DNA of 64,000 nt from an uncultured bacterium. GTDB lineage: Bacteria; Patescibacteriota; Saccharimonadia; UBA4664. This document shows positions 46,237 through 55,295 of this stretch, piece by piece (the stretch's first letter is position 1; every line of letters starts with the position of its first letter). The notes beneath the pieces were generated by a model. That model was not told the DNA's origin and did not search any database. It worked only from the letters and a program-made list of their open reading frames with translations. The stretch is from positions 878,069 to 942,068 of the forward strand of contig CAVRET010000002.1 of assembly GCA_963720265.1 (NCBI GenBank), written 5' to 3'. The translations under genes were made by a program, and so were the position numbers.

Positions 46237-47871
46237 ATGGGTGGGCTTGCAGTGAAATCGGTGGTTCCGGAAACACGGCAAGCAGTACTGTATTTGCGCG
46301 TTTCGACCGAAGAGCAGGTCGAGAATTATTCCCTTGAGACGCAGGCTGAAATCTGCAAACGGGAGGCCGATCGGCGCGGACTTGAGATTGCCCAAGTCTT
46401 TCGAGAGGAGGGCCGATCGGCCAAAACCATGAAGGATAGGCCGGCACTTATTCAGCTTTTGGAGTTCTGCAGAAGGCACAAGCGTGAGGTTAATTCCGTT
46501 ATCGTTTACCGCTTGGATCGTATTTCGCGGCAGACGGCGGACTACCTGGCAATTCGCAAGAAACTGGCGGATTACGAAATTACTATCATTTCGGCCACGG
46601 AACCGACCGGCGACACTCCAACTGAGAAGTTCGTCGAGACACTATTGGCCGGCTTTGCTCAGATGGACAACGACGTCCGCAGCGAGCGAACTAAAAACGG
46701 GTTGCGGGCTAGGTTCCTGGCTGGACTACACAATGCGACTGCCCCGATGGGGTACAGGGCGCAAAACGGATATGTGGTGAAAGACCCCGAAACGTTTGAA
46801 AACATAAGGGCCGCTTGGGAGCTGATGGCGACCGGGACCAAGAGTTTGGGTGAGATTATTCAGTTTCTCAATGAGGCTGGCGTCCGGAACCGGCGCAAAG
46901 ATTATGGGGAGCGTACCTTGCGAAAGCAGACAGTCAGCAAGATGTTCCGGAACAAGTTTTACGCCGGCAAAGTTGTGTCGCGAAAGCACGGGCTTGAGGC
47001 ACAGGGGCAGCACGTACCGATGATTACCGAGGAGCTGTTTTACAAGGTGCAGGCCATACTGGACGGTCGGCTGACGGCATCCCCCGATCTTAGCCACCGC
47101 GTTCAGGACAAAGAGGACTTTCCGCTTCGCCGCGTCATTAAATGCTCAATTTGCTTGGAGCCCTTTACCGGCGCATGGAGCAAGGGTCGGCTGCGGCGGT
47201 ACGGGTACTACTTCTGCCACAAACGCTGTTATATGGGCAAGTCGGTGCCAGTTGATTTGGCCGAGGAGCACTTGGCCAAGCTGCTGACAAGTATCAGCCT
47301 AAAGTCCGAAACCATTGACCTGATCATGGACCGGATTCGCAAGCGCTACCAGGAGCGGTTAGCCCCGATCCTGAGGCTGCGAGACCAGGCCGACGCCGAG
47401 ATTAAGCGGCTCAAGGAGCTGCGGCAGGCCCTAATCACAAAGAACTTAACCGGCGTCTATTCCGACGACGTCTACAAGGAGCAGAATGCCATGCTTGAGG
47501 ACCAGCTAAAGACTGTCTACGAGGCTAAGAATGAAACAACGCTCGAGAAATACAAGCTCGAGGATATAAGCGCATTCATGCACGCCAAGTTCGAGGATTG
47601 GAACAAAACGTACCAGAAAGCGAGTCTGGAGCAGAAAAAAATTTTGCTGTGTTCGACATTCCCGGAAGGCATGATGTGGCAGTATCCAGGCTTGTCGAAC
47701 ACCAAAATAAGCCCTTTCTATAGGGCTTTTCTGGACGTTGAACAGGGGGATAAATTCTCTGGTGCGCGAGAGAGGAGTCGAACCTCCACGCCTTGCGGCA
47801 CTTGCCCCTCAGACAAGCGTGTCTACCATTCCACCACTCGCGCGGGTGGTAACCGGACAACTATAGCATAA
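46237..47871 (+). CDS. Large serine recombinase (integrase); C-terminus reads antisense through tRNA-Leu
   Basis: YLRVSTEEQ, YRLDRISR, PMGY, CSIC...CHKRC; tail GARERSRTSTPCGTCP... is the tRNA antisense. Confidence 0.95.
   Translation: MGGLAVKSVVPETRQAVLYLRVSTEEQVENYSLETQAEICKREADRRGLEIAQVFREEGRSAKTMKDRPALIQLLEFCRRHKREVNSVIVYRLDRISRQTADYLAIRKKLADYEITIISATEPTGDTPTEKFVETLLAGFAQMDNDVRSERTKNGLRARFLAGLHNATAPMGYRAQNGYVVKDPETFENIRAAWELMATGTKSLGEIIQFLNEAGVRNRRKDYGERTLRKQTVSKMFRNKFYAGKVVSRKHGLEAQGQHVPMITEELFYKVQAILDGRLTASPDLSHRVQDKEDFPLRRVIKCSICLEPFTGAWSKGRLRRYGYYFCHKRCYMGKSVPVDLAEEHLAKLLTSISLKSETIDLIMDRIRKRYQERLAPILRLRDQADAEIKRLKELRQALITKNLTGVYSDDVYKEQNAMLEDQLKTVYEAKNETTLEKYKLEDISAFMHAKFEDWNKTYQKASLEQKKILLCSTFPEGMMWQYPGLSNTKISPFYRAFLDVEQGDKFSGARERSRTSTPCGTCPSDKRVYHSTTRAGGNRTTIA
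47760..47843 (-). tRNA. tRNA-Leu(GAG)
   Basis: Reverse complement GCGCGAGTGGTGGAATGGTAGACACGCTTGTCTGAGGGGCAAGTGCCGCAAGGCGTGGAGGTTCGACTCCTCTCTCGCGCACCA; long variable arm, anticodon GAG. Confidence 0.97.
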
Positions 47872-47892
47872 CCATGGCCGCGGCACTAGGCG

Positions 47893-48234
47893 CTACGACA
47901 CTATGTAGGCGACCCATAGGCAAATTAAGCCCAGGAACATGGTGAACGGCCAGAGAAAGTAGACGTTGATGTTGTAATAGACTGGGTCGGGGCGGCGCCA
48001 AAACGCCTCGCCTTTGGATTTCTTGTGATTTTTGAGATACAACTCCCAGATGCGATCGCGGTTGACTTCAACTAATGCGCCGGCTACAAGGAGCGTTGTG
48101 CCAATGCCCACCAGACCAAAGACCGGCCGGCCCTGGCCGAGCAAGGCAAAGATCGCCAGTAGGAGTAAAAACAGTCCGGGCGCAAACCGCGGCGGCGGGA
48201 CTTTGTGGCGAATGAACAAACTTGAGATTAGCAT
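47893..48234 (-). CDS. Small membrane protein
   Basis: Three hydrophobic segments; AAGGAGG RBS. Confidence 0.75.
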   Translation of the reverse strand: MLISSLFIRHKVPPPRFAPGLFLLLLAIFALLGQGRPVFGLVGIGTTLLVAGALVEVNRDRIWELYLKNHKKSKGEAFWRRPDPVYYNINVYFLWPFTMFLGLICLWVAYIVS

Positions 48235-48258
48235 GATGCCTCCTTAACTATTAATTCG

Positions 48259-49887
48259 CTACGAACTCGGTGGATAATCGGCGAAGCGGGCGGCAGAATA
48301 GTCGCCGCGCAAGTGGGACCGGGCGTAACTGTCGGTGGCGCCGGTTTTGACGAGCGGGCTAAACAGGCCGTGGGGATCAAAGACGGTTTTTACCTCGGCC
48401 TGCACGGCTGCCAGTTCGTCGCCGTAGACTCCGGCCAGCAGCGGGCCGTGCAGCAGGCCGTCGCCGGCACCGCCCGTGGGTGTGCCGCCAAGTGAGACGA
48501 CCATGTCGGTGAATTCGCGGCCAAGGTTGAGCAGCTTGTCGACGTCCCGTTTGCGGCCAAGATCAAGGACTGGGTGCAGGCTCACCTGGCCGTCACCAGC
48601 CGCGCCGGATAATGGGGTAGCAAGATCGTATTTGGTTAGTAATTTGGCGGTTTTATCGAGAGCCATAGTCCACTTGGCCGGTGGCACAAAAGCGTCATCC
48701 GCTAGCGGCAACGCCGGCTTGGAACCGGCGACAGGCCAAACCGTTTCGCCAACTGAGCGGCGAATTTTCCACCACTGCACTTGCTCAAGCGGATCAACCG
48801 TGGTGTGGGGCTTGCCCCCGCCGCGAGTCAGCAATCGGGCCGCCCGGACGGATTTGAATTTTTGCGCCAGCTGCGACACATCATCGAATTCAACTAAGAA
48901 GAAGAGCCGCGGGGTGTGATCTTTAATGAGGTCGGCGAGATAGCCGGGGTGATGCTCCCGGAGCTCGTCAAGCCAGGCCCGGTCGACGAATTCAAGCGTG
49001 CTGGGGCCGAGCTCGCGCAATTTGGTCAAGGTGCTGTCGGCGTGGTCGAGTGAATCACAACCGCCCGCCACGAGCGTCGTGCGGGAATGAAACGGTGCGG
49101 TCGCGAGTGTTACCTCAGTGATGAGGCCGAGCGTACCTTCGGAGCCGATAATAATTTGGCTGAGGTCAAAGGCGGCACCGGCGTTGCGCACAGCACTCAG
49201 CGCATAGCCACAAGCGTTGCGCGTGGCAGACGGTGCATGCGCGGCGATGAGCAGGCCGTTGTCGGATAGTAGATTTGAGAGTTTGCGGTAGACCTCACCT
49301 TCGAAGGTGGCGAGGCCACGCTTACGGCTGAGTTCGCGGGTAGTTAACTTCCTGGTCGTAACCACCGAGCCGTCGGCCAGCACCACTTTGAGGTTTTTAA
49401 CAAAATGGCGGAGGCCGCCATATTTGAGCGCCTTAGGACCGGCCGCACCGGTGGCCACGGCCCCGCCCACCGTAGTGTGGCGGCCAAGCCCATGGGCCGG
49501 CGGTAACCAGCGACCGTGTGTGACTAATACTTGTTGCAAGGCATGGAGGCTCATACCGGGCTGAACGGTGACGGCGCTTGGTTCAAGCCTAAGGAGCTTG
49601 TCCATGTGGCCTGGAAACACTACCCCAACCCCCTCGCCGAGCGCCCCGCCTGTGGTGCCGGCGCCAAATCCACGCGCAGTCAGGCTTAGAGGCTTGCCGG
49701 AAGCCGTGCGGTCGCGCGCAAACTCGACCAGGCGGCGCACGTCGGCGGTATTGGCCGGATAGGCGACGGCCGTTGGTGTAACCTCAAAAATGCTGGCATC
49801 AGTTGAGAAATACTCAAGCGTGGCCGGATCGTCGGTAACTGATCCGAGCAAGCCGCTCGCCAACTCTTTGAGATAGGCCTTCTTCAT
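48259..49887 (-). CDS. FAD-binding oxidoreductase (GlcD/D-lactate dehydrogenase family)
   Basis: FSTDASIF...P, ARGFGAG..G, TVGGAVA, GSEGTLGLITE, VFDPHGLFSP. Confidence 0.88.
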   Translation of the reverse strand: MKKAYLKELASGLLGSVTDDPATLEYFSTDASIFEVTPTAVAYPANTADVRRLVEFARDRTASGKPLSLTARGFGAGTTGGALGEGVGVVFPGHMDKLLRLEPSAVTVQPGMSLHALQQVLVTHGRWLPPAHGLGRHTTVGGAVATGAAGPKALKYGGLRHFVKNLKVVLADGSVVTTRKLTTRELSRKRGLATFEGEVYRKLSNLLSDNGLLIAAHAPSATRNACGYALSAVRNAGAAFDLSQIIIGSEGTLGLITEVTLATAPFHSRTTLVAGGCDSLDHADSTLTKLRELGPSTLEFVDRAWLDELREHHPGYLADLIKDHTPRLFFLVEFDDVSQLAQKFKSVRAARLLTRGGGKPHTTVDPLEQVQWWKIRRSVGETVWPVAGSKPALPLADDAFVPPAKWTMALDKTAKLLTKYDLATPLSGAAGDGQVSLHPVLDLGRKRDVDKLLNLGREFTDMVVSLGGTPTGGAGDGLLHGPLLAGVYGDELAAVQAEVKTVFDPHGLFSPLVKTGATDSYARSHLRGDYSAARFADYPPSS

Positions 49888-49940
49888 GGCCTCATAATAC
49901 GGTCAAATGGGTAAAATTACAAAGCGCTTGGCTTAGCGCG

Positions 49941-49981
49941 GGCGGGACGCCGGGTATTTGATACCTACCCGGCGTCCCGCC
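49941..49981. terminator. 16-bp perfect inverted repeat
   Basis: GGCGGGACGCCGGGTA-N9-TACCCGGCGTCCCGCC. Confidence 0.65.
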
Positions 49982-49994
49982 ATTGTTGTGGTCC

Positions 49995-50354
49995 TCACGA
50001 CCCGTCGGTGGCCGCCGCAGTCAGCACATAGACTGACTCAACCAGGCTCCCCGATTCCAGGACGTGTAGGGTGCGGCCCATCAGGCCAATGTAGACATCC
50101 GGCCCGATATCGCTGGCGCGGCAGACCATGATGTAGCCGAGGCGGCGGTTGGGGTCGTGAAACGTCAGCGTGAGGAAACCCTGACCGTCGCCTACGAGCT
50201 TTACGAAACTCAGCCCGGCGAACCAGGTTTGGATTGCGACGGTTGAGCTCGCTAGCTCAGATTGTATGCGGCGCATTGCATCGGCAATCGCTTCCTCGAC
50301 TGATCCGGGGCTCGCACTGCCTGCGGCTCCGGGCGCTGGTGGATCCGGTGTCAT
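49995..50354 (-). CDS. Hypothetical protein
   Basis: ORF with its own promoter and terminator. Confidence 0.55.
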   Translation of the reverse strand: MTPDPPAPGAAGSASPGSVEEAIADAMRRIQSELASSTVAIQTWFAGLSFVKLVGDGQGFLTLTFHDPNRRLGYIMVCRASDIGPDVYIGLMGRTLHVLESGSLVESVYVLTAAATDGS

Positions 50355-50400
50355 TTGCCTATCCGCCCTTCTCACTCATAACGTGGGTTATGCTTAGCTG

Positions 50401-50444
50401 GTTATAGCATTATTATTGACAAAATGTCAATCAGTGTGTATTGT
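50401..50444. promoter_or_regulatory. Back-to-back sigma70 promoters
   Basis: Palindrome ATTGACAAAATGTCAAT gives a TTGACA on each strand; -10 TGCTATAAC (minus) and TATTGT (plus) at 17-18 nt spacing. Confidence 0.6.
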
Positions 50445-50590
50445 AATAGCGAAGACAGGCGGAGCCAATATTGAGGTGTGATAGCCTCAGGTTTTGTTTG
50501 TCATCGTTCGACACAATTTGGCAATCCAACCCACCGACGGGTTCGGCGGGTTTGTAGCCCGTAGCCATCGACATCAGGAGGTGTTGTTTC

Positions 50591-51541
50591 ATGTCGGACT
50601 CCGCGGACGATGGCCTTGCCGCCTTCGAGCCCGTGGCGCACGCCGTGAATCAGCGTCGCGCAAACAGCAAGAAGAGCGGTCGAATCGGCCGCGCTTCGGA
50701 CCTGCCCCCAGACGACGAGATACTGCAGGTCGGCATCCCGTGGCTTGCCAGTATCACCGGCGGCGGGATCGTGATGGGCAAAGTGGTCCTCGCCTACGGC
50801 GAAGAGCAGTGCGGCAAGACCGACGACGCGCTCAGAGCCTGCAAGCAGGTCATTGATGATGGCGGGACCGCGGTTATCTACCCGACCGAGCCGCTCAGCC
50901 TGGCGCACATCAAGGCCGTGGGCATCAAGCCGCACGACCTGCTGATAGTCGTGGCCGACAACGGCGACGATGCCCTTGAGACGATCACGGACTACCTGGA
51001 GGACTGCTTCAAGGAGCGTGGACGCGGACCCGAGCTGGTCGTCATCGACTCGGTGACGGCTATGCGAAGCCGCAAGGAGGCCACAACACACCGCGCCGCC
51101 AATGGCGCAATCACCCGTGGCTTCAATGCCTGGCTGCGCCTTCTCGAAGACGACCTTCCGAAGTACAAGACGTGTCTCTGGGTTATCAGCCAGTTGCGCA
51201 CGATTCCGCGCGGCGACGACGCCGAGAACGTTTACACCGGCGGACGCATGCTGGTTCACGCCGCCTGGCTGAAGGTTCGCTACCGCAAGGTGTGCGAAAT
51301 CTTCGACCCGAAGACTGTGGACGCAGCTGATCCTGAACCGATCGGCCGGGTCGTCGGGATCGTCGTGGAGAAGCTCAAGGGCGTGCGGATGCGAAGCAGC
51401 ACCAGGTTCACGCTGACGTATAACCGTGACGAAAGTGTGGCTCAGGTATCAGCAGGTGACGAACAGTCTGAGGCTGATGGACCCGCCCAGCCGGACGAAC
51501 GGCTCAACGGCCACCATCGTGGTCAGCCCGTTTCGGTCTAG
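50591..51541 (+). CDS. Divergent RecA-family ATPase
   Basis: GGGIVMGKVVLAYGEEQCGKT, catalytic-Glu position PTE, LVVIDSVTAM, ISQLR, TGGRML. Confidence 0.8.
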   Translation: MSDSADDGLAAFEPVAHAVNQRRANSKKSGRIGRASDLPPDDEILQVGIPWLASITGGGIVMGKVVLAYGEEQCGKTDDALRACKQVIDDGGTAVIYPTEPLSLAHIKAVGIKPHDLLIVVADNGDDALETITDYLEDCFKERGRGPELVVIDSVTAMRSRKEATTHRAANGAITRGFNAWLRLLEDDLPKYKTCLWVISQLRTIPRGDDAENVYTGGRMLVHAAWLKVRYRKVCEIFDPKTVDAADPEPIGRVVGIVVEKLKGVRMRSSTRFTLTYNRDESVAQVSAGDEQSEADGPAQPDERLNGHHRGQPVSV

Positions 51542-51860
51542 CCGACCGACCGGGGAGGAGTCCAGCAACTACAATAAGAGGTGAGAAACAGAGGTGAGAT
51601 CGCGGCTACCGGATCCTGAAGTTCAGGACACCGGGGCCGCTGTCTCGTTTTTATTAGGCCTTGTATGACAAAAACGAGCCTTTCGGCTCGCTTTGCGGAT
51701 AGTCACATGTTGGTGAAGTGATACCTGCAAGTACCCACAAACAAATAAGAATATCCTAAATGTTCCACCCACACTCTTTCGACTACCTGGTACGTTTTTA
51801 TCACGGTGGTATGATAGTGGCAAGAGTAAAATTCTTGGCACCACAAAATTTGGTGCAGTC

Positions 51861-52889
51861 ATGCGAAAAAAGTCGAAAAGAAAAACCAGATCAATAGTTC
51901 GATCAAGACTCGCGGCCGTCGTGGTGATTGGCGGCGGGCTTTTGTTGGCGAGCCAGGTGCGGGCCGATCTTGCCACGCGCTCGAGCATGTTGGCTCGTGG
52001 CTCGGATGTAACCCTTATGGGGCCAACGGCCGACAAAGCGCCGAGTGCTGCCCCGACTGCCACGCCGGCCCCTAAAACAACGCCTGCGCCAAGCCGCGTA
52101 CCGGTGGCAACGCCGCATGTGAGAACCATTGTAAAAACGGTGCCGGCCGTCAAGACGTCACCCCATAGCAGTGTAAATAACCTGGTGCCGGTGGCGGAAG
52201 TGCCAGTTCCCAGCACGACTCCCACCCCCGGCCCCACAAGTACACCCGCTCCCCCACCGACGTACGCTTACACGTCGTCAAACTGGTCTGGGTATTTGGC
52301 TTCGGCCGGCACGTTTACCGGCGTGAGCGGAGGCTGGTCGGTGCCACAAGTTTCCGGCAACGGCCACTCCACCTCGGCTGATGCGACCTGGGTTGGCATT
52401 GGCGGGGTGACATCGTCGGATTTGATTCAGGTGGGCACGCAGGATTCGGTTTCTAGCCGCGGGCAAGTGAGCTCCGAAGCATTTTATGAGATGTTGCCGG
52501 CAGTGTCGACTCCGGTGCCGGGTATGACGGTGACGCCGGGCGACGTCATGAGCGCGAACATTACCCAGGTATCATCTGGGCAGTGGAAAATTAGCATCAC
52601 GGACGTGACCCAGAGCGAATCATACAACATTACGGTGTCGTATTCGTCGTCGCTGTCAACGGCCGAGTGGATTGAGGAAGATCCGAGCTATGCGGCTGGG
52701 CGCCAGATTCCGTTTGATGATTTTGGCTCGGTGAACTTTACCGGCGCGACTATGATTGAAAATGGCGGCGCTCAAACGCTCACCGGCGCCGGCGCGCAGG
52801 CTATTATTATGCAGATTCCGACCGGCAATACCGTGGCTTCGCCGTCGGGTATATCGGGGGACGGTGAAGGCTTTACGGTTAGCGGCTAA
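51861..52889 (+). CDS. Secreted glutamic peptidase, family G1 (eqolisin)
   Basis: SSNWSGY, WVGIGG...LIQVGT (catalytic Q), AEWIEE (catalytic E); Pro/Thr linker after the N-terminal TM. Confidence 0.88.
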   Translation: MRKKSKRKTRSIVRSRLAAVVVIGGGLLLASQVRADLATRSSMLARGSDVTLMGPTADKAPSAAPTATPAPKTTPAPSRVPVATPHVRTIVKTVPAVKTSPHSSVNNLVPVAEVPVPSTTPTPGPTSTPAPPPTYAYTSSNWSGYLASAGTFTGVSGGWSVPQVSGNGHSTSADATWVGIGGVTSSDLIQVGTQDSVSSRGQVSSEAFYEMLPAVSTPVPGMTVTPGDVMSANITQVSSGQWKISITDVTQSESYNITVSYSSSLSTAEWIEEDPSYAAGRQIPFDDFGSVNFTGATMIENGGAQTLTGAGAQAIIMQIPTGNTVASPSGISGDGEGFTVSG

Positions 52890-53923
52890 TTGCCACTGGA
52901 TTTGTCGGCCAGGTTGCTTACCGCCTGGGTGAAAGCGGTGAGCGTACTCGAAGGCTCGAGCGCTTTGAGCTGTGCGACTGCTGCATTGCCGAGTGATAGT
53001 TGATCGTTGCTAAACGCGGTGGCGGGAGCAACAACATTCGCGCCGTCAGCGGCAATGACACTGGCGCTTTTTCCGTGCGCAGCATCGCTGGCAGTCTGCG
53101 CAAGGGCGGCGTTTGAACTGCTCACCAGGGTTCGTAAATCGCTCAGCAGTTGTTGGTCGGGCCCAGTTTGCATCTTTAGACTGGCGGCCTGCTTGCCGGT
53201 CGTGCTCATGAGCGTCATATATTGTCCGATCTCAACCGAGAGCGAGGCTGATGGCTGGCGTTCGGCGGATTGAATGGCTTGCTGGGAGTTGGTGAGGTTA
53301 ATAAGCAACGGGCCGAGGACTTTGTAGTCGTTGTAAGTACCTTGGGCAAAATCGATGTAGGCCGGCCATTTGTTTTGCAAGGTCGCGAAGGTGCTCTTGA
53401 TAGTAGCATTTTTGAGCACTGGCGAGTCTTTGAGGAGCTGATACTGTTTGTTTGCATCAGTCATGTCGCTCGAAAGAGCCATGCTGGCAGTATTAAACTC
53501 GGGTACTGAGGTGGCGGAAGTCATACTCGAAACATCCGCGGCAACATCCGTGACATCAAGACCCAGCTCAGAGGCGGAATTATTGGCTGCCAGCATATCC
53601 CAGCTGCTGATTGAATAGTGAGCGACAACTGCGACTACGATGACCGTGAGGACGACGGTGAGAACAGCGCCACCTAAAATGATAAGTTGCTGGTTTTTCG
53701 GTAGGGCGCGATATGTAGTAGTCGGCTGCGTGCGTGGCGGTAACTGTGTGGCTGCGGGAACGATTGGCTGCGACACAACGGCATTGAGTGACGGCGGCGG
53801 GGATGATTGGGGCGCAGCCGGTGCCGGCGGCGGCGTTGGAGGCGGCGTTGGCGACGCCGGTACAGCCGGTGTAGTCACCGGGGCCGGTGTTGGCGCAGGT
53901 TGGGTGCCCGGTGGCTGTTCCAT
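52886..53923 (-). CDS. Membrane-anchored protein with Pro-rich N-terminus and helical ectodomain
   Basis: Pro-rich N-terminus, one TM helix, Ala/Ser-rich helices. Confidence 0.75.
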   Translation of the reverse strand: MEQPPGTQPAPTPAPVTTPAVPASPTPPPTPPPAPAAPQSSPPPSLNAVVSQPIVPAATQLPPRTQPTTTYRALPKNQQLIILGGAVLTVVLTVIVVAVVAHYSISSWDMLAANNSASELGLDVTDVAADVSSMTSATSVPEFNTASMALSSDMTDANKQYQLLKDSPVLKNATIKSTFATLQNKWPAYIDFAQGTYNDYKVLGPLLINLTNSQQAIQSAERQPSASLSVEIGQYMTLMSTTGKQAASLKMQTGPDQQLLSDLRTLVSSSNAALAQTASDAAHGKSASVIAADGANVVAPATAFSNDQLSLGNAAVAQLKALEPSSTLTAFTQAVSNLADKSSGN

Positions 53924-54040
53924 AGTGCTTATGGTAACGGTTCTCGTTGACGAAATCTAGTTTATGCGTAATGGACCGGCGGCTCGTAATTGTGAAATAT
54001 GCCCCTTGAGAAAGCCCGGTCGTGTTGCCATAGTGAGGGC

Positions 54041-55279
54041 ATGGATAAGCGTGCGTTTGCAAAACTGCTTGTAGCTTCGGCTGCGATCGGCCTGATCGTA
54101 GGCGTGGTTTCGGACCTGTTTATCCGAGCGATCCAGGTTGTGAGCCGCCTTGTATGGAAGAGCTCGCTGGCCGTAGCACATCATCAAGTACTGGCCGTAG
54201 TTATGGGCGTGCTGGGTGGGGTCATTATGGGCCTGTGCGTGAAATATTTTGGCACTAACGACGACGGAGTTGGCTTCGAGGCGGTCATGAGCTCGGTCGT
54301 GCACGACGGCGCGGTTGGCGCCAAGCAGCTAAAACGAGTGGTACTGAATGCCTACGTCGGCCTTGTGACCGGGGCCAGTATCGGCCCGGAAGCGCCACTC
54401 ATTACGCTTGGCGCATGGTGTGGTGAGTTTTTGGCCAAGGCGCTTAAGGTAAGTCGTCAGCAAGTCATGGCGTTTATTACGATTGCACTGGGCGGATCAA
54501 TGGGCGTGCTGGTGGATTCGCCGGTGGCCGGACCGATTTTGTTTGCTGAGCGGCCGCCGACCAAGGATACGCCGACTAATCAGGTGCTGGTGTTTGCCAG
54601 TATGATCGCGGCTAGCGTGGGTTTTGCGATTTACTACCTGCTCGGGGCCGCACTGTTGAAAGGCACTGAGTTGGTGCCGGCGTACAACGGATTCCGGCCG
54701 GTGGATTTGCTGTATGGACTCGTCATTGGGCTTGTGGGGCTGGCGATTGGCGCGGCTGTGAAATGGTTGATTTTTGCGGTGCGGGGCGTCTTGCGGCAGT
54801 ATGTTCCGAGCCCAATTGGGCGGGGGCTGGTGGCCGGGTTGATTTTGGGCGTGGCCGGCGCAATTTGGCCGCTCGTGATGTTCGACGGCAGCGCTCAGCT
54901 CAACCAGCTGGTGACACATATGGGCATGTATTCGGTGGGCGCGCTCATCGTGCTGGCGGTCGTGCGCATCGTGTGCACGGGAGTGGCGCTGGGCGCAGGG
55001 TACCAGGGCGGTAATATTTTTCCTACCATTTTTATTTGTGGCGCGGTTGGGCTGGCTATTCACGGCCTATTTGGGTTTGTGCCGGCGGCGGTCGCGATGG
55101 TGGCTTGCATGGCGAGCGCCATGTACGAAGCCGTGCCGCTGCCGCTGTTTACCATCTTTTTGTTCACAGAAATTTCGAGCTTTAACCTCGTGCCGGTGAT
55201 GGCCATGTCACTGGTGGCGGCGTACGTGGTGCAGATTTTGCGCGGCCAAATTTCATTACCGCAGGGACGCACCTCCTAG
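54041..55279 (+). CDS. ClC chloride channel/transporter family protein
   Basis: GASIGPEAP, GGNIFP, many TM helices. Confidence 0.9.
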   Translation: MDKRAFAKLLVASAAIGLIVGVVSDLFIRAIQVVSRLVWKSSLAVAHHQVLAVVMGVLGGVIMGLCVKYFGTNDDGVGFEAVMSSVVHDGAVGAKQLKRVVLNAYVGLVTGASIGPEAPLITLGAWCGEFLAKALKVSRQQVMAFITIALGGSMGVLVDSPVAGPILFAERPPTKDTPTNQVLVFASMIAASVGFAIYYLLGAALLKGTELVPAYNGFRPVDLLYGLVIGLVGLAIGAAVKWLIFAVRGVLRQYVPSPIGRGLVAGLILGVAGAIWPLVMFDGSAQLNQLVTHMGMYSVGALIVLAVVRIVCTGVALGAGYQGGNIFPTIFICGAVGLAIHGLFGFVPAAVAMVACMASAMYEAVPLPLFTIFLFTEISSFNLVPVMAMSLVAAYVVQILRGQISLPQGRTS

Positions 55280-55295
55280 ACCGGTCGCCTGCGGT

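Larger units (their letters stand above)
28092..47765. mobile_element. Integrative mobilizable element / defence island at tRNA-Leu (~19.7 kb)
   Basis: 9-bp direct repeat at the ends, two serine recombinases, VirD4-like + Replic_Relax, defence cargo. Confidence 0.85.

Noticed and set aside
11896-47765. Prophage
   Set aside because: No capsid, terminase, portal, tail or lysis genes recognised.
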